This document shows, in pieces, positions 44,050-56,781 of a stretch of DNA of 64,000 nt. The notes under the pieces were generated by a model that worked only from the letters and a program-made list of their open reading frames with translations, was not told where the DNA came from and ran no database searches. The number at the start of each line of letters is the position of its first letter. Within the stretch, counting starts at the first letter, position 1. The translations under genes and the position numbers were made by a program. Source of the stretch: Octopus bimaculoides (lineage: Eukaryota); NCBI RefSeq assembly GCF_001194135.2, contig NC_069000.1, forward strand, positions 6,608,219 to 6,672,218, read 5' to 3'.

Positions 44050-45885
44050 ATAATTCTAATTTTGGCACAAAGCCAGCAATTTTTAGGGGAGGGGGGTAGT
44101 TGATTACATTATGGCCAGTATTTCACTGGTATTTCATTTTATTGAGTCAGGAAGGATGACAGGCCGAGTCAACCTTGGTGGTATCTGAACACAGAATGTA
44201 AAAAGCTAGAAAAAAATGCTGCTGAACATTTCACCTTCTATGTTGATGATCCTGTTAGATTACCACCTTAATAAGAATTCTTTTTACTTCAGGCACAAGA
44301 CCTGAAATTTTGTCAGAGAGGGGACTAATCAATTACATCAACCCCAGTGCTTTACCAGCATTTCATTTCATAAACCCTGAGACGATGACACGCAAAGCAG
44401 ACCTCAGAACATTAAAAAAAACCCAGAAGAAATGCTAAGCATTTTGTCCAATGAGCTAATGGTTCCATCAGCTTGCCACCTTAATAATGATTCTTTCTAT
44501 TATGAGCATAAGAGCTGAAATTTGGGAAGGAGAGCTAGCCAATTACAACACCCAACCTCCTCAGCGTTCAACTGGCACTATTTTATCGACTCCCACCAAA
44601 AGGACAAAATGCAAAATTGATCTTGGCAGCATTTGAACTGTGAAAGCAGAAGAAAAATACTGCTATCATTTTGTCCAGCATGTTAACAATGCTGCCAGCT
44701 GCCTCGATAGTTTAAATTTCAGCACAAGGCCAGTAAGAGGAGGATAGCCAATTACATTGATCCTAGTACTTGATTGGCACTATATTTCATTGACCCCCTA
44801 CCAAAAAAATTAAAGGCAAAGTTGACCAAGGCATGATTCGAACTGAGAATGTAAGGCTGGGAGAAATGCACTAAGCATTTTGTCCTGCACACAAACAATT
44901 CTGCCAGCTTGCTGGGTTTTTTTTAATAATAATAATTATGGCTTCAAATTTTTGTATAATTCCAGAAATCCTGGTGGAGGGGTGAGGCGGGATCAAAGAG
45001 TTGATTATATCAACCCCAGTACTCTTACTGACCCTGAAATGATGAACGGCAAAGTCAATAATAATCCTTTTTACTATAGGTTATAAGGCCTGAAATTTTG
45101 AGGTAGGGGTCTGGTTGATTACATCAACCCCAGTGCTCAAACTGCTGCTTGTTTTATCAATGCTTTAACGACTCTGGCAATCTAACCATCCTCAATGCGC
45201 TGATAACGATAATAAAAATAAATAATTCATTCTATAAAAGGCAAAAGGCCCTAAAATTTTTTGAGAGGAGAGGGTTAGTTGATTACATCAACGTCAAAGT
45301 TCAGCTGGTACTTATTTTATTGACCCCGAAAGGATGAAAAGCAAAGTCAACCTTGGTGGAATTTGAACCTTGAGCTGAAGAAATGCCACGAAGCATTTTC
45401 TCTGGCACAGAAATAATTCTGTCAGTTCTTCCTTACCTTAATAATTATTTAAAAAATTTTGTCACTTGGGCAAACAATTTTTGAGGGGAGGGGGAAATCA
45501 ATTATGTTGGCCCCAGTACTTCATTGGTACTTATTTTATTAACCGTGAAGGGATGAAAAGCAAAGTCAAACTTGGTGGAATTTGAACTTAGAATGCTGAG
45601 CTGAAAGAAATTCTGCCAAGCATTTTGCCAGGCACAGTAATAATTCTGTTAGTGCATTGCCTTAATAAAAAAAAAAGGGGAGGGGGACACGGGGCCAACA
45701 GTTTTGAGAGGCGAGAAAATCAATTGCATCAACCCTAGTACTTTGCTGGTATTAGTTTTTCTGACCCTAAAAAGATGAAAGGCAAAATCAACCTTGATGG
45801 AATTTGAACTCGGAACGTTAAGCCGGACAAACTGTTGCTAAGCATTTAGTCTGATGTGCTAAGAACTCTGCCAGCTCACCGCCTC
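44050..45885 (-). mobile_element. Array of nine head-to-tail family-D SINE copies
   Basis: Approximate copies: 44050-44270, 44270-44485, 44485-44710, 44710-44915, 44930-45060 (partial), 45060-45200 (partial), 45220-45440, 45440-45665 and 45685-45885. All share the same orientation and are mutually divergent. Confidence 0.85.
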
Positions 45886-46414
45886 CGTCACACTGATGAT
45901 AATAATAAAAATAAATAATGCTGAGAGAAATTCATTGAAATATAAATTACAGAGAGGAGGGCTTTAAATAAATCATATCTCTCTGCCGAGGTACATGTAT
46001 TGGACGTACAAACAAGAAGAAAAATGTACTCAATACATGCGACACAGTTTATTCATTTATACAAAAACTGAGGCTTCCTTTTGCTCCTACTTATGTGAAT
46101 TTCTTCGGCAATGTTCCACAAAGACGGCCAGAGTAATAATAATAATAATAATAATAATAATGATAATAATAATAATAATGATACATGTGCAAAACTCTGA
46201 GTAAAGACAGAGTGGAGTCTCAACTTTAAATAAATGGATATATTTATATACATACACACAGATATACATACATATATATATATCTATATATTGATATATA
46301 CACACACACATAACCATTCATATACATATAATACACACACACACATATTAGTCTATTAGTAATCGGCCTTGTTCAACCGAGGCAAGCAGGCAAGTAGACA
46401 GCAACTGAAATTTT

Positions 46415-46724
46415 TCACAATCCGTTCATATTGATGTCAGTTGGCATGAGATAGTCGTGCATGGCATACTTCCAGGTCCACAGCCGGGCAATCCGTTCAA
46501 ACTCCTGTCGACCACTCACGTAAAGTCGACCAATTGTTGGTTCCATACAGACGTGGCAGTAAGGATCGGTCAACAAGGACTGGATGCTAATGAGAACTTT
46601 GGAAATAGTCAATGCCAGACTCCAGTTGTGGTGAATAGAATCAAGACCGATGTCTCCGTGACGACTGATGTTGGGATGGAATATTTTCGTGATAAAACGC
46701 ACTTTTGGAGGTTTCATGGGGTAA
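46415..46724 (-). CDS. morgue: morgue coding exon 7 (UBC fold, C-terminal half) to stop
   Basis: ttccag| YPMKPPKVRFITKIFHPNISRHGDIGLDSIHHNWSLALTISKVLISIQSLLTDP...ARLWTWKYA...; TGA at 46417-46415. Confidence 0.95.
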
Positions 46725-49700
46725 CTGGAAATAACAATTGGAGAAACACTAAGATATATTGACAATAGAGAGAGACACATACACACACATGCGATCATTT
46801 GTCTTATGTTCATTTTGCTGTCAGCATGGGTTAGATGAATACTTAGTATGGCTGCATGGTCGAGAAGTTTGCTTCCCAACTATGTGGTCTTCGATTCAGT
46901 TCCACTGTGTGGCATCTTGAGCAAGTGTTTTCTACTATATCCACAAGCTGACCAAAGCCTTGTAGATGGAAACTGGAAGAAACCTAGATGTCTGTGATGT
47001 TGAAGTAGAGCTCTTTGAAACTGAATGCAGGAGACTGCATGAAGAGGGGAGGAGATGTCGTCATCAACCCCTTGTGACTGTTGTTCAGGGTCACTTTTAG
47101 TGTCCTCAGTGACCTGTCAGCCATTTCCACTCCCATGAAAAACAATGTGCTGGAGCAGAGCAGGATGAATGTCCTGGATTAATGCCGTCATCACCTTCGA
47201 TGGGTTGTCATAAGCAATAATACTTATTATTCACAATAGGAGCACTCCGTTGGTTACGACGATGAGGGTCCCAGCTGATACGATCAATGGAAGAGCTTGC
47301 TCATGAGATTGACGTGCAAGTGGCTGAGCACTCCACAGGCATGCGTACCCTTCACAAACATCTCAGGGGAGATTCAGCGTGACACAGAGTGTGATAGGGC
47401 TGGCCCCTTGAAATACAGGCACTTCTCATTTTTGCTAGCTGAGTGGACTGGAGCAATGTGAAATGAAGTGTCTTGCTCAAGAACACAACACGCCACCAGG
47501 AATTGAACTCGCAACCCTATGATTGCGAGCCGAATACCCTAACCATTAAGCCACACGCCTTCACAATATGTCTTATATAAATAACTATCTTTAAAAAAGT
47601 GATGGTCATGGTAGGAATACAGAGCATAGATCTACATGATCAGAACTGACTTGGGATTGACCTGGGGCTAAACAACAACAAAAAACAATTATAGCCACTC
47701 ATTTTAATTACTATACTGTACATTAGATACTGTGGTCCCAGATATGCTTTGCCTGAATTAAAGATGGGATAGTCACAGTCGGAACGTCTTTGATCACAGA
47801 TCCACATGGTCAGGAATAAACAACGGCATTCATTAAAAATCTGATACTATGATATAAAAGAATGTCCTAGAAATGTTTCAACTCACCTGTCTGGAATCTG
47901 TAGGTACAATAAGAACTGACCGCCTTCATATGGACTTCCCTGGGGTCCAGTGATTGAAGCCTGCCAATGGCAGCAGTTTTGGTCTAATGGTGTTGCTTGA
48001 ATACCTTCAGGTGGGTCTGTCTTTAAGGTTTTCAATTCACTTCGTAATCTTCTGTGACGCCAGGAATTCTCTTTGATAGGAGGTGTGCTCTGCAGATTAA
48101 AAAGAAAATCAAAATAAGCAACAGGATATCAAGTAGTAATGCAGTATGACCGCTTCAAGTGGCTCCATTTAAGTGAACAATGCAATCATTACATCAAGAT
48201 AGCTCTGCATTTAAATTGATGTAATGCTTGCATTGTTCAATTAAATGGCGCCACCTGAAACAGTCGTACTGCATCACTACTTGATATCCTGTTGCTTATT
48301 TTGAATATATTCACCTTACTTCAAGCTATGCGGATAGTATCAGACTCATATTCACCTTCTTGCACCTTGAAGATAAGCCCTGACACATCATCATCACCAC
48401 CATCTTTTCTCTTTCCAACCAGGGTACCCATGTGTCTCTTCTTCAGAATCAGCAAGACACCTGTCTCTGCCCCTCAATTATACTTTAAGCTCTCATCACC
48501 TGGCATAAAGCCACTTCCCTTGGCTCTACTGCAGTGAATTTGTCTTTAGAAGTTAAAATATGTTACAAAACATATTTTAACTAATCTAAAGTTTGTTAAT
48601 TTTGATTATGTTACTGACACAAGGCATGTGACCAGCTAAGTCACACACTAAACACACATACAATTAGTGCTTGTATGTCATCACCATCCTGACTTTTAGC
48701 TGTCATTTTCGATGTCACCATCAGAAGGAGGTATCTACAACATTGTTTCATTCCAATTGTCTTGAAGCTTTTCTTATCCTTTGCCAGTTTGAACAAATAC
48801 ACAACTACCTGTTTTTATATATAATACATACAAAGATGGGGAATTAGTCACCGATTACAGAAGACGAACACAGCTAAGATGATGATGACAAAAATGAGGA
48901 ATAAGCAGTAAGTGATTACTAAAGAATTAGTGACAAAAAGAGTAGCGCACAGGTTCCCGAAAAACGGGATCCTAGTAGTCTGATTTGGGGACAAGACCTT
49001 TGAAGGTTGTACATAAGCAGCTAGGTACTGAAGCCTGTGAAAAGGTCTTTAATGGTATATAACTGAGTATTCAGATAGAATTAATGCTGGGAGGTGGAGT
49101 AAGTGATGGCTTAGTGGTTAGGACTTGATGTGAGTAAAGAAGTTAAGGGAACATACTCTTGGGGGTAATAAAGAATCCTTCTTCCTCTTTATATGAAAAG
49201 ACTGTGCTTGTGTGTATGTGTGTGTGTATACAAATATATATCATCATCCTCATTTAACGTCCGTCCATCCATCTGACGGACGGACAGACGTATGTATAAG
49301 GCTTTTGGCTGTTGCCATATTGGGTTACTCAGAAATATTTGAATAAACTCAAATCCACACACAGACACATACACACATAAATACACTTTTCATATAGAGG
49401 AGGAAGAGTGTCTTCTGATAAACATGGTGAATGGGAAGCAAATAAAATGATGGTGAAGTGTATGCAGGTTGAAACCCTGAGTTCAAATCCCAACAAAGTC
49501 AAATTTACATTTCATGCTGTCAAGGGTCACCACTAGAGCAGAGTGGACAGCATTAGAGACAGAATGGGAATGGAATCAGATTTGGTTTAGACCAGTTCCA
49601 CTCCTGCTGTCAGATGTTAAAGCGCTGAAGAAAATAATGAGCTTGTTTGTGAACAAAATTAGCGAATCATTAATTAGCAAAGACAAAAACAAAAATAAAC

Positions 49701-52700
49701 CCAAAGTCAATAAGTTTGAAAACTGAGCTGTTTAAAAACACATGTCAGGGAACTGGTTAGCATGTGTTATGTAAGAAAGCATGGAAGCTAACAGATGTAC
49801 TTACTGTGTTACATATGGACCATGCTGGTTTAGAAACCTGCCAGGTACAAATGAAAACTAAAAGTTATGTCTCATAGACACAAACATGGCTGGCTGGTTA
49901 AGAAGTTAAGCTGATTACCCCCTCCCCACCCATAATCAATTGGTATTTATTTTATTGACCCTAAAAAAGATGAAAGGTAAAGTCAACCCTAGAGGAATTT
50001 GAGCTCTGAATGCAAAGATGGACGAAATGTTGCTAAGAATTCTGCCCAGCGTGCTTTATGATTCTGTCACCTTGCCGCCTTAAAAAGGAAATAAACATTG
50101 ATATAACTATCACCACCGCAACTTCAGCTCCTCTCCATTAATTCTCTAAATGCTCTTCAAACACCCAGGCTTTGTCTTTCCCATCTTGTTCCCTTTATTG
50201 GGTCTTATTTCTCAGGGTAAAGGCTAAAGACCCCCTTTGGTTATAAATGACCATAAGATTTCACCTAGAAAGTTCCTCTCTGAGGTACAAGTCCAAGCAA
50301 GTCTGTTTACTGCAGACCAGCCCCCCCCCCCCTGCACACCAAGGGAAAGGCAAAGGCTGATATATAGCATGGCACTAGAGATGTTGCAACTCATTTCTAC
50401 AGATGAGTGAACTGGAGCAATGTGAAATAAAGTGTCTTGCTCAAGAACAAAACAGCCCGGTCCAGGAATCGAACTCACTACCACATGATTGTGAGCCTGA
50501 TGCTCTAACCACTGAGTCATGTGCCTTCAGGCTCAGCAGTATGCTCAAGTATGTCATTGCTAAACTTTAACCTTAACTCTTCCTCACCCATATCCAAACT
50601 GAAGATCAAGCACATTATCTCTCACAAGTGTGGGATGTGAGTAGGGGAGACAACTTTAAACATCATTAGGGAACTGTGCCAAACTTCTTCGGCCACATAA
50701 CAGAAAAATGAAATAAAATAAAATAAAATATATATATTATATAAAACAAGGAGTTTCGGTTACCTGAAGCATCATACTTTCCAAACAATAACGGCATGGC
50801 GAACTCTCTAGTCTGTAAAGGAGAAAAAATGATAAACCAAGATGACTAAGCTAAACGAAAATACATTCTGGTACATAATTATCCAATGACACACACACCA
50901 AAGAACCACAGTCGTCATTCACAAGCGTGAATGACTTTGTGGTTTGTGATCATGCTTTTCTTAATTGTTTTTAGGTTCCTATGTAGATGTGAGAAGACAC
51001 AGGACTGTTTCTTGGTCCTCCCACCCCTTGATGTGTTTCAGTGGAAAACCAAGCATGTGACAGTTGGAGGGAAAGAGAGGGCCACGCCAACACTAGGCTG
51101 GATGCCCTTCATCGCTCAACCTTCACCTGTTTCCATGCAAGGTAAATATTTCACCCTGGCCAGACACGTTTCCATAAAAAACTGGCAACAAAAGACACCA
51201 CTTATATGATGGTGACACTCATTTACAACTACCATGCCATATCAATACAAAGAAGCACACACATATGATGGGCTTCTTTTCCGTTTCCATCTACTAAACC
51301 CACTCACAAGGCTTTAGTTGGCCTGACATTACAACAGAAGACGCTTGCCCCATGTGCCATGGAGTAGGACTGAAGCTGAAACCATATGGTGGGGAAAGCA
51401 AACTTTACAACCACACCTGAGCCTACCTGGTATATTACATACAGGAATACTACTCCCGTTTTAAAGACAAGGTAAAATTTGAAAGTAATTTAGCTGCTAA
51501 GTTTAGAAGATCAAATGACCAAGCAGGGACTTAGTCAAGGGATTAGAATGTACCCAGGCTGTTACACTGTACCTTGCCTACAATTATCACAACATACCAC
51601 TGTGTGTTGTATGGTAAGAACACATGATCAGTGGAACAACAGACCTTCAAATCCTATCTAGTCACTGAAACCAACTACCCCTGTGTATAACATATCTTCT
51701 GACATCAGGTTCCACAACAGAGAAGTTTTTGTAAAACATTAAAAAAAATTACAAGATTTATATTGATTTCAAGAATACTCACAGTTTCGAATATATCGTT
51801 TTCCAACACTTCACTTTGTAATACGGTCGGAAAAGAGGCCAACGCAGGCTAATGAAATGCTTCCACTGGGTTTGTGTTGTTTCTGCATCGAGGATCTGCC
51901 ACCATCTCGAACATACATTCCCGGCCATCCATCGTGAGATATCATCGAGGTGACGGAAAACTACCAGTAATACTGTGTAAAGATGAACAGATAAATAAAT
52001 GACAGACAGAGGAAGCTACCAGTAACAGTAGTAGGTAAATAGAGACAATGTAGAACAAACTGCCAATAATGGTGTGTAGAGATGAGAGAGAGGAAACTCG
52101 TAGTAATAGTGAGCTGACAGTTCTGTTCTATTCTGGACCCACCCACCTTATGAAACACAGCGCAGCTTTGCCCTTTGACCTTCCACTTCGTCATTGTCGT
52201 CGCACCCATCTTCAGCACAACTACGTCTTTCTTTCTGGGTGGAATCTTGTTTTAATGTAAGGCCACCTAGCTATATAAAGTGTCTCTTTGTGTGTAGAAA
52301 TGTCTGCATATTTTAATAACAAGGCTACCACCAAGCAAGCAAGCACAACCTAGTTGTGCCCGTCACTCTCGAATTTTATAATCCCCGTCTGTAATTAATT
52401 CTCCATTTATATAACCTAATGTTGGTGTCAAAAGGGTTAAGAGAGATGATGGAGAAATCACTGAGTGCTAAAGGGTTGAGAATTTGGTACCTTCAGGTGG
52501 CAGAGAGTCTACAAGACCTTCAGGAATAGATTCTTTGTCAGTGTCGCGAGCAATAGTCAGAGAAGTAATTCTTTCGGTTAGTTTGTCCATTTTGTGAGAA
52601 TGGGATTTCACTACGTGAGTTCTTTTATCTTTCTGAGTGTAGAAATCAGCTGCGGCATCTGGTTCTTCATTGCCAGAATCATCTGAATCGGCTTTCTGGA

Positions 52701-54444
52701 AGTAAAAAAAAAAAATTTTTTTAAATAAAAAAAAATCACTGAAAAAATTTACAAACAAATTATTGTTTAGCTCTTAATTGTTTGTTTTTTTTTATACGCT
52801 ACTTCCCATGAGTTATTCTTGCTTCACCCCCAACACCTGCATCAGAGGTCATGTGAAGATTCAGAAGCTTTCTTTCCTCCTCTTACATAGCCATAAAAAA
52901 AAACCCTACCAAAAACAGAGGTTGAAATAACGTTTTGGATTTGATTTCTTGAGGGTATCCCCACCTCCTCTACATTGGCCCCCTCCAAGAAATAGAGAAA
53001 ATGGAGAATTTCTACTTACTTCTGTGTAGACTTGTTGTTCATCTTCATCTTTGTTGATGTCATAAGAGAACAGGAATAAATGGCATGTTCCACATATAGG
53101 CTGTCCAAAGTTGTTGCTATAGAACCCACTGCACATGGAACAGGTGGGGTACTGAAAGGAAGGCAAGGAGAAAAAGAAAAAGAGAAACATTTTGTGTCAA
53201 GTTCATCATCATCATCATCATGATTATAATTAAATAATAATAGAAACTCCCCCCCCCCCCCCATATATACAATCTTTATTTGTGGATGAATAATACTACC
53301 AATAGTTTTATTTGGAAAAAAATCTCCGCAATTTTCAAGTGAGTCACTTAAAAATTGTGGAGACTCTTTCCACATGAAACCAATTTTCACAAGCTTCATG
53401 CAACTGAAAAAGAGTTAATCACTGAAAGGGATCACAAATGACCCTTGTTATTTCTAGTATGAAAATAGTAAGTAGGGTGAAATTTGAAGGTGATTTGGCT
53501 GCTATTTCTACAGGCTGACCAACCATACAGAGGTTTCATAATAATAACACCATTTAACAAACAGTCACCCCAATTAACAACGTGGCTTGTCTGTCGAATA
53601 CAAATACCAAACATTACTAACATTCTTCTTTAAAGACAGCATTTAGTAAAGATTTTATCTTTTATCTTTTATTTGTTTCAGTTATTACATTGTGGCCATG
53701 CTGGAGCACTGCCCTGAAGAACTTCTAGTCAAATGAATTGACCCCAGGATTTATTTCTTTAGCAGACCATTTTGTTATGAGGATGTAAACACACCAACAC
53801 CAGTTGTCAAGTGGTGGTGGGAGACAGACACACACACACATATGATGGGCTTCTTTCAGTTTCCATCTACCAAATCCACTCAAACATTTGGTCAACCCAA
53901 GTCTATAGCAGAAGACACTTGCCCAAAGTGCCAAACAGTGGAACTGAACCTGGGAGGCAAAGCTCTTGCCATACAGCTAAACATTGGGTGTTTAGCCCCA
54001 GGCTGGCTCTGATCCAACAGACCTATAATGAAAGGCATTCCAGCTATGACCATCCAATCTTTTTCTTCAGTAATTATATATTCAGGACAACATGTTCCAA
54101 ATGTGACCTCCGATAACACATTTTTTTTTTTGCCCCTGAAGACAGAAAAGTATGCGTTGATGGAGAATTGTCTGCTATTTTTAGCAAGTTTAGTGATTAC
54201 AGGGGACCCTGTGTCATAAGGATCAATAAACTGCTAAAACGTCTTTGATCATAGGTTGGTGTGATATTCGTTGTATGTTCCCACTTAGAAACCTAGCAGA
54301 ATAGCAATCTAAGGTGAAGTACTCAATACATAACGTAGAGTGAATATATTCTGATAAAAAAATGACTCTTCACTTGACAAACACAAGTCTTGTAAAAGAT
54401 TTTGGGTGATCTGTATATTTGTACACACAGAGCCATATACATAT

Positions 54445-54497
<53 letters not shown>

Positions 54498-55489
54498 TGA
54501 CTCTTTACACAAAATCAAAGAAAACGTTATGGAAAAATACAGCACTACATGCATAATAATGCACGCAAACATGGACATGTTTTTTTACTATCTAAAACGA
54601 AGTCCGTATCTAGAGCGATAGTTTTGATAAACAAACAATATTTTTATACACAATTTACGACTATTAAAAACTACGCAAATGAATAATGTGTGTGTGTTGT
54701 TTAACCGTAGGTCAACCGTGTCGAGTATCGTCAAATGCATGACAGTCCATGTTTTTAATTGTATCAATGGAATGTTACTTTACAATGGGTCTTTCTCAGT
54801 TTAGGACGATAGGGTACGTGGAATAAAGAAATTTGGCTGCTATTATCTGTCGGACGAGCAACCACTTGGTAGAAGCTCATCCGCTTATGCGTGTGTGTTG
54901 TGTGTGTGCGTGTGTGTGTATGTATATATATATATATATATAAAAGAAGCCTACATATATATATATATATGTGCGTATATATGCACACACATATACATAC
55001 ATACTCGCTATGTTGTTCTCGATAGTACTAGATTACAAGGAAAAACTACAAAAGAGGACGTTAATAAATTAATTGGGTTTTACTATAAACTTAAAACGTA
55101 GAAAACCTCTTTCATAAGTATGTTTATATATATGCATAATATATATACATAAGCGATCTGCAGAAAGATCGCCAATACATATATACGCATATATGTATTT
55201 GGTCTATGTGTGTGTAAACTAACATTAATTGTGCGGATGGAAATTATTCAATTAACGAGAAACATCCATAAAAAAACATCGACAAAAACCAAAATAACAA
55301 TTAAAGAATTTTGAAAAACCTCCCCAAATGAAGCAAGCATTTTAGATGAAACAGCAAAAAGCCCGACCACAAATCTCTACAAGGCTTGACAGAGTGTATA
55401 ATGTAGCAAGGATAGATATATAATGTTGCTAGAGACATTACCTCGGGTTCTAGAAATTCCCAAACATCGACATGGAACTTTAAACTCAT
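46415..55489 (-). CDS. morgue: Morgue-like protein: C4 zinc finger + F-box + ubiquitin-conjugating-enzyme variant (catalytic Cys to Gly), 7 coding exons, about 378 aa
   Basis: Minus-strand exons 55489-55442, 53151-53020, 52695-52491, 51972-51783, 50812-50764, 48089-47887 and 46724-46415 are GT-AG and phase-consistent; total 1137 nt. Motifs: CSMC-x12-CGTC; F-box LPPEVLLVVFRHLD...VCSRW; UBC fold RRLRSEL...W.ASITGPQGSPYEGG.F...YPMKPPKVRFITKIFHPNISRHGDIGLD. This domain combination is the established architecture of Drosophila Morgue. Confidence 0.92.
47241..47563 (-). mobile_element. SINE family E in morgue intron 6
   Basis: Reverse complement of the 41189-41510 copy. Confidence 0.82.
47887..48089 (-). 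CDS. morgue: morgue coding exon 6 (UBC fold, N-terminal half)
   Basis: ctgcag| STPPIKENSWRHRRLRSELKTLKTDPPEGIQATPLDQNCCHWQASITGPQGSPYEGGQFLLYLQIPD |gtgagt. Confidence 0.95.
48109..48304. repeat. Palindromic MITE: 89-bp arms, 18-nt spacer
   Basis: 48109-48197 vs 48216-48304 are reverse complements with about 8 mismatches; a one-armed relative lies at about 4396-4500. Confidence 0.88.
50200..50530 (-). mobile_element. tRNA-derived SINE sharing the family-E head and centre but with a different 3' tail
   Basis: The head and centre match family E; the tail (ccaagggaaaggcaaaggc.gata..gc.tggcac) recurs at about 22330-22500. Confidence 0.65.
50764..50812 (-). CDS. morgue: morgue coding exon 5
   Basis: tttacag| LESSPCRYCLESMMLQ |gtaacc; this 49-nt exon supplies exactly the phase 2-to-0 bridge needed between exons 4 and 6. 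Confidence 0.85.
51783..51972 (-). CDS. morgue: morgue coding exon 4 (F-box)
   Basis: acacag| VLLVVFRHLDDISRWMAGNVCSRWWQILDAETTQTQWKHFISLRWPLF...IYSK |gtgagt; absent from the ORF track. Confidence 0.9.
52491..52695 (-). CDS. morgue: morgue coding exon 3 (acidic linker, start of F-box)
   Basis: ttccag| KADSDDSGNEEPD...GLVDSLPPE g|gtacca. Confidence 0.9.
53020..53151 (-). CDS. morgue: morgue coding exon 2 (C4 zinc finger)
   Basis: tttcag| YPTCSMCSGFYSNNFGQPICGTCHLFLFSYDINKDEDEQQVYTE |gtaagt. Confidence 0.92.
53660..53980 (-). mobile_element. SINE family A in morgue intron 1
   Basis: Colinear with the 2008-2382 copy. Confidence 0.8.
55442..55489 (-). CDS. morgue: morgue coding exon 1
   Basis: ATG MSLKFHVDVWEFLEPE |gtaatg, phase 0 matching exon 2; CpG-rich context. 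Confidence 0.75.
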
Positions 55490-55751
55490 TTTACAAAACC
55501 CGACAGCAGTCAGGTCGAGGCGTCACCACGAGACTTGTTCGAAAATAAAGATATAAACTCTTAATCTGTCATTCGTACTTTTTTGATCCAAAACAAGAAC
55601 ACAAAATTGTTTTATAATTAAATTATGTATTTATAAGGAGGATATTTTTTAAATAATGGAATTTTTTATTTTTGTTGTAAAATAACTACATTTTTTAATA
55701 GTTATATTTTTATTTCTGATTATATATTTTGATATTCAAACATTTTTAATT

Positions 55752-55816
<65 letters not shown>

Positions 55817-56651
55817 NNNNNNNNNNNNNNNNNNNNNNNNNNNNNNNNNNNNNNNNNNNNNNNNNNNNNNNNNNNNNNNNNNNNNNNNNNNNNNNNNNNN
55901 NNNNNNNNNNNNNNNNNNNNNNNNNNNNNNNNNNNNNNNNNNNNNNNNNNNNNNNNNNNNNNNNNNNNNNNNNNNNNNNNNNNNNNNNNNNNNNNNNNNN
56001 NNNNNNNNNNNNNNNNNNNNNNNNNNNNNNNNNNNNNNNNNNNNNNNNNNNNNNNNNNNNNNNNNNNNNNNNNNNNNNNNNNNNNNNNNNNNNNNNNNNN
56101 NNNNNNNNNNNNNNNNNNNNNNNNNNNNNNNNNNNNNNNNNNNNNNNNNNNNNNNNNNNNNNNNNNNNNNNNNNNNNNNNNNNNNNNNNNNNNNNNNNNN
56201 NNNNNNNNNNNNNNNNNNNNNNNNNNNNNNNNNNNNNNNNNNAAACGAATTATGTAAAACAATGCCGTTACCGAACAAGACGGTTGTTCCGCCACCCGGT
56301 TTCGATTCCCGGTTATAGCCATTTCAATTTAATTAGTTTTCATTTGGTCTTTAGTTTTTAATGCCGTTTGTAAAAGTTGTTCACATTATAGTGGTTTAAT
56401 TTTCTTCCCAACAATATTCTAAGCTTCATGTTTTAGAAAGAAAATAGAATAAAGCACTTAAAAGAACACAACATACGAATTTACTAAGAATGTGAACTAT
56501 GTGAATAGTTATCTAACTTTGTATGCAAGTGTGTTTTTGAGACGAACGAACCGGGTGTTAATTCTTTGTAAAACCATAAAACCTAGGAATATACCAATTA
56601 ATGGCATAATTAACTCTTAATTCGCTGTTATTTCACAACATTCCTTAAACA
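55490..56651. promoter_or_regulatory. Probable bidirectional promoter between morgue and INTS8
   Basis: Divergent start codons at 55489 (-) and 56652 (+), nominally 1.16 kb apart including a 426-N gap; CpG-retaining sequence on both sides. Confidence 0.65.
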
Positions 56652-56781
56652 ATGAGTGAATGTGTAATGTCTTCGTCAGGCCGACCGAGCATGGGGCCTA
56701 TAACCCTGCCTGCGGTCGCCTGGTTTGAGTTCCTCTTGGACGAATCTTTACTCGAAAAACATTTAAAAGAACTGAACCCAG
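56652..56781 (+). CDS. INTS8: INTS8 coding exon 1
   Basis: MSECVMSSSGRPSMGPITLPAVAWFEFLLDESLLEKHLKELNP g|gtacgt; a second possible start ATG lies at 56667. Confidence 0.93.
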
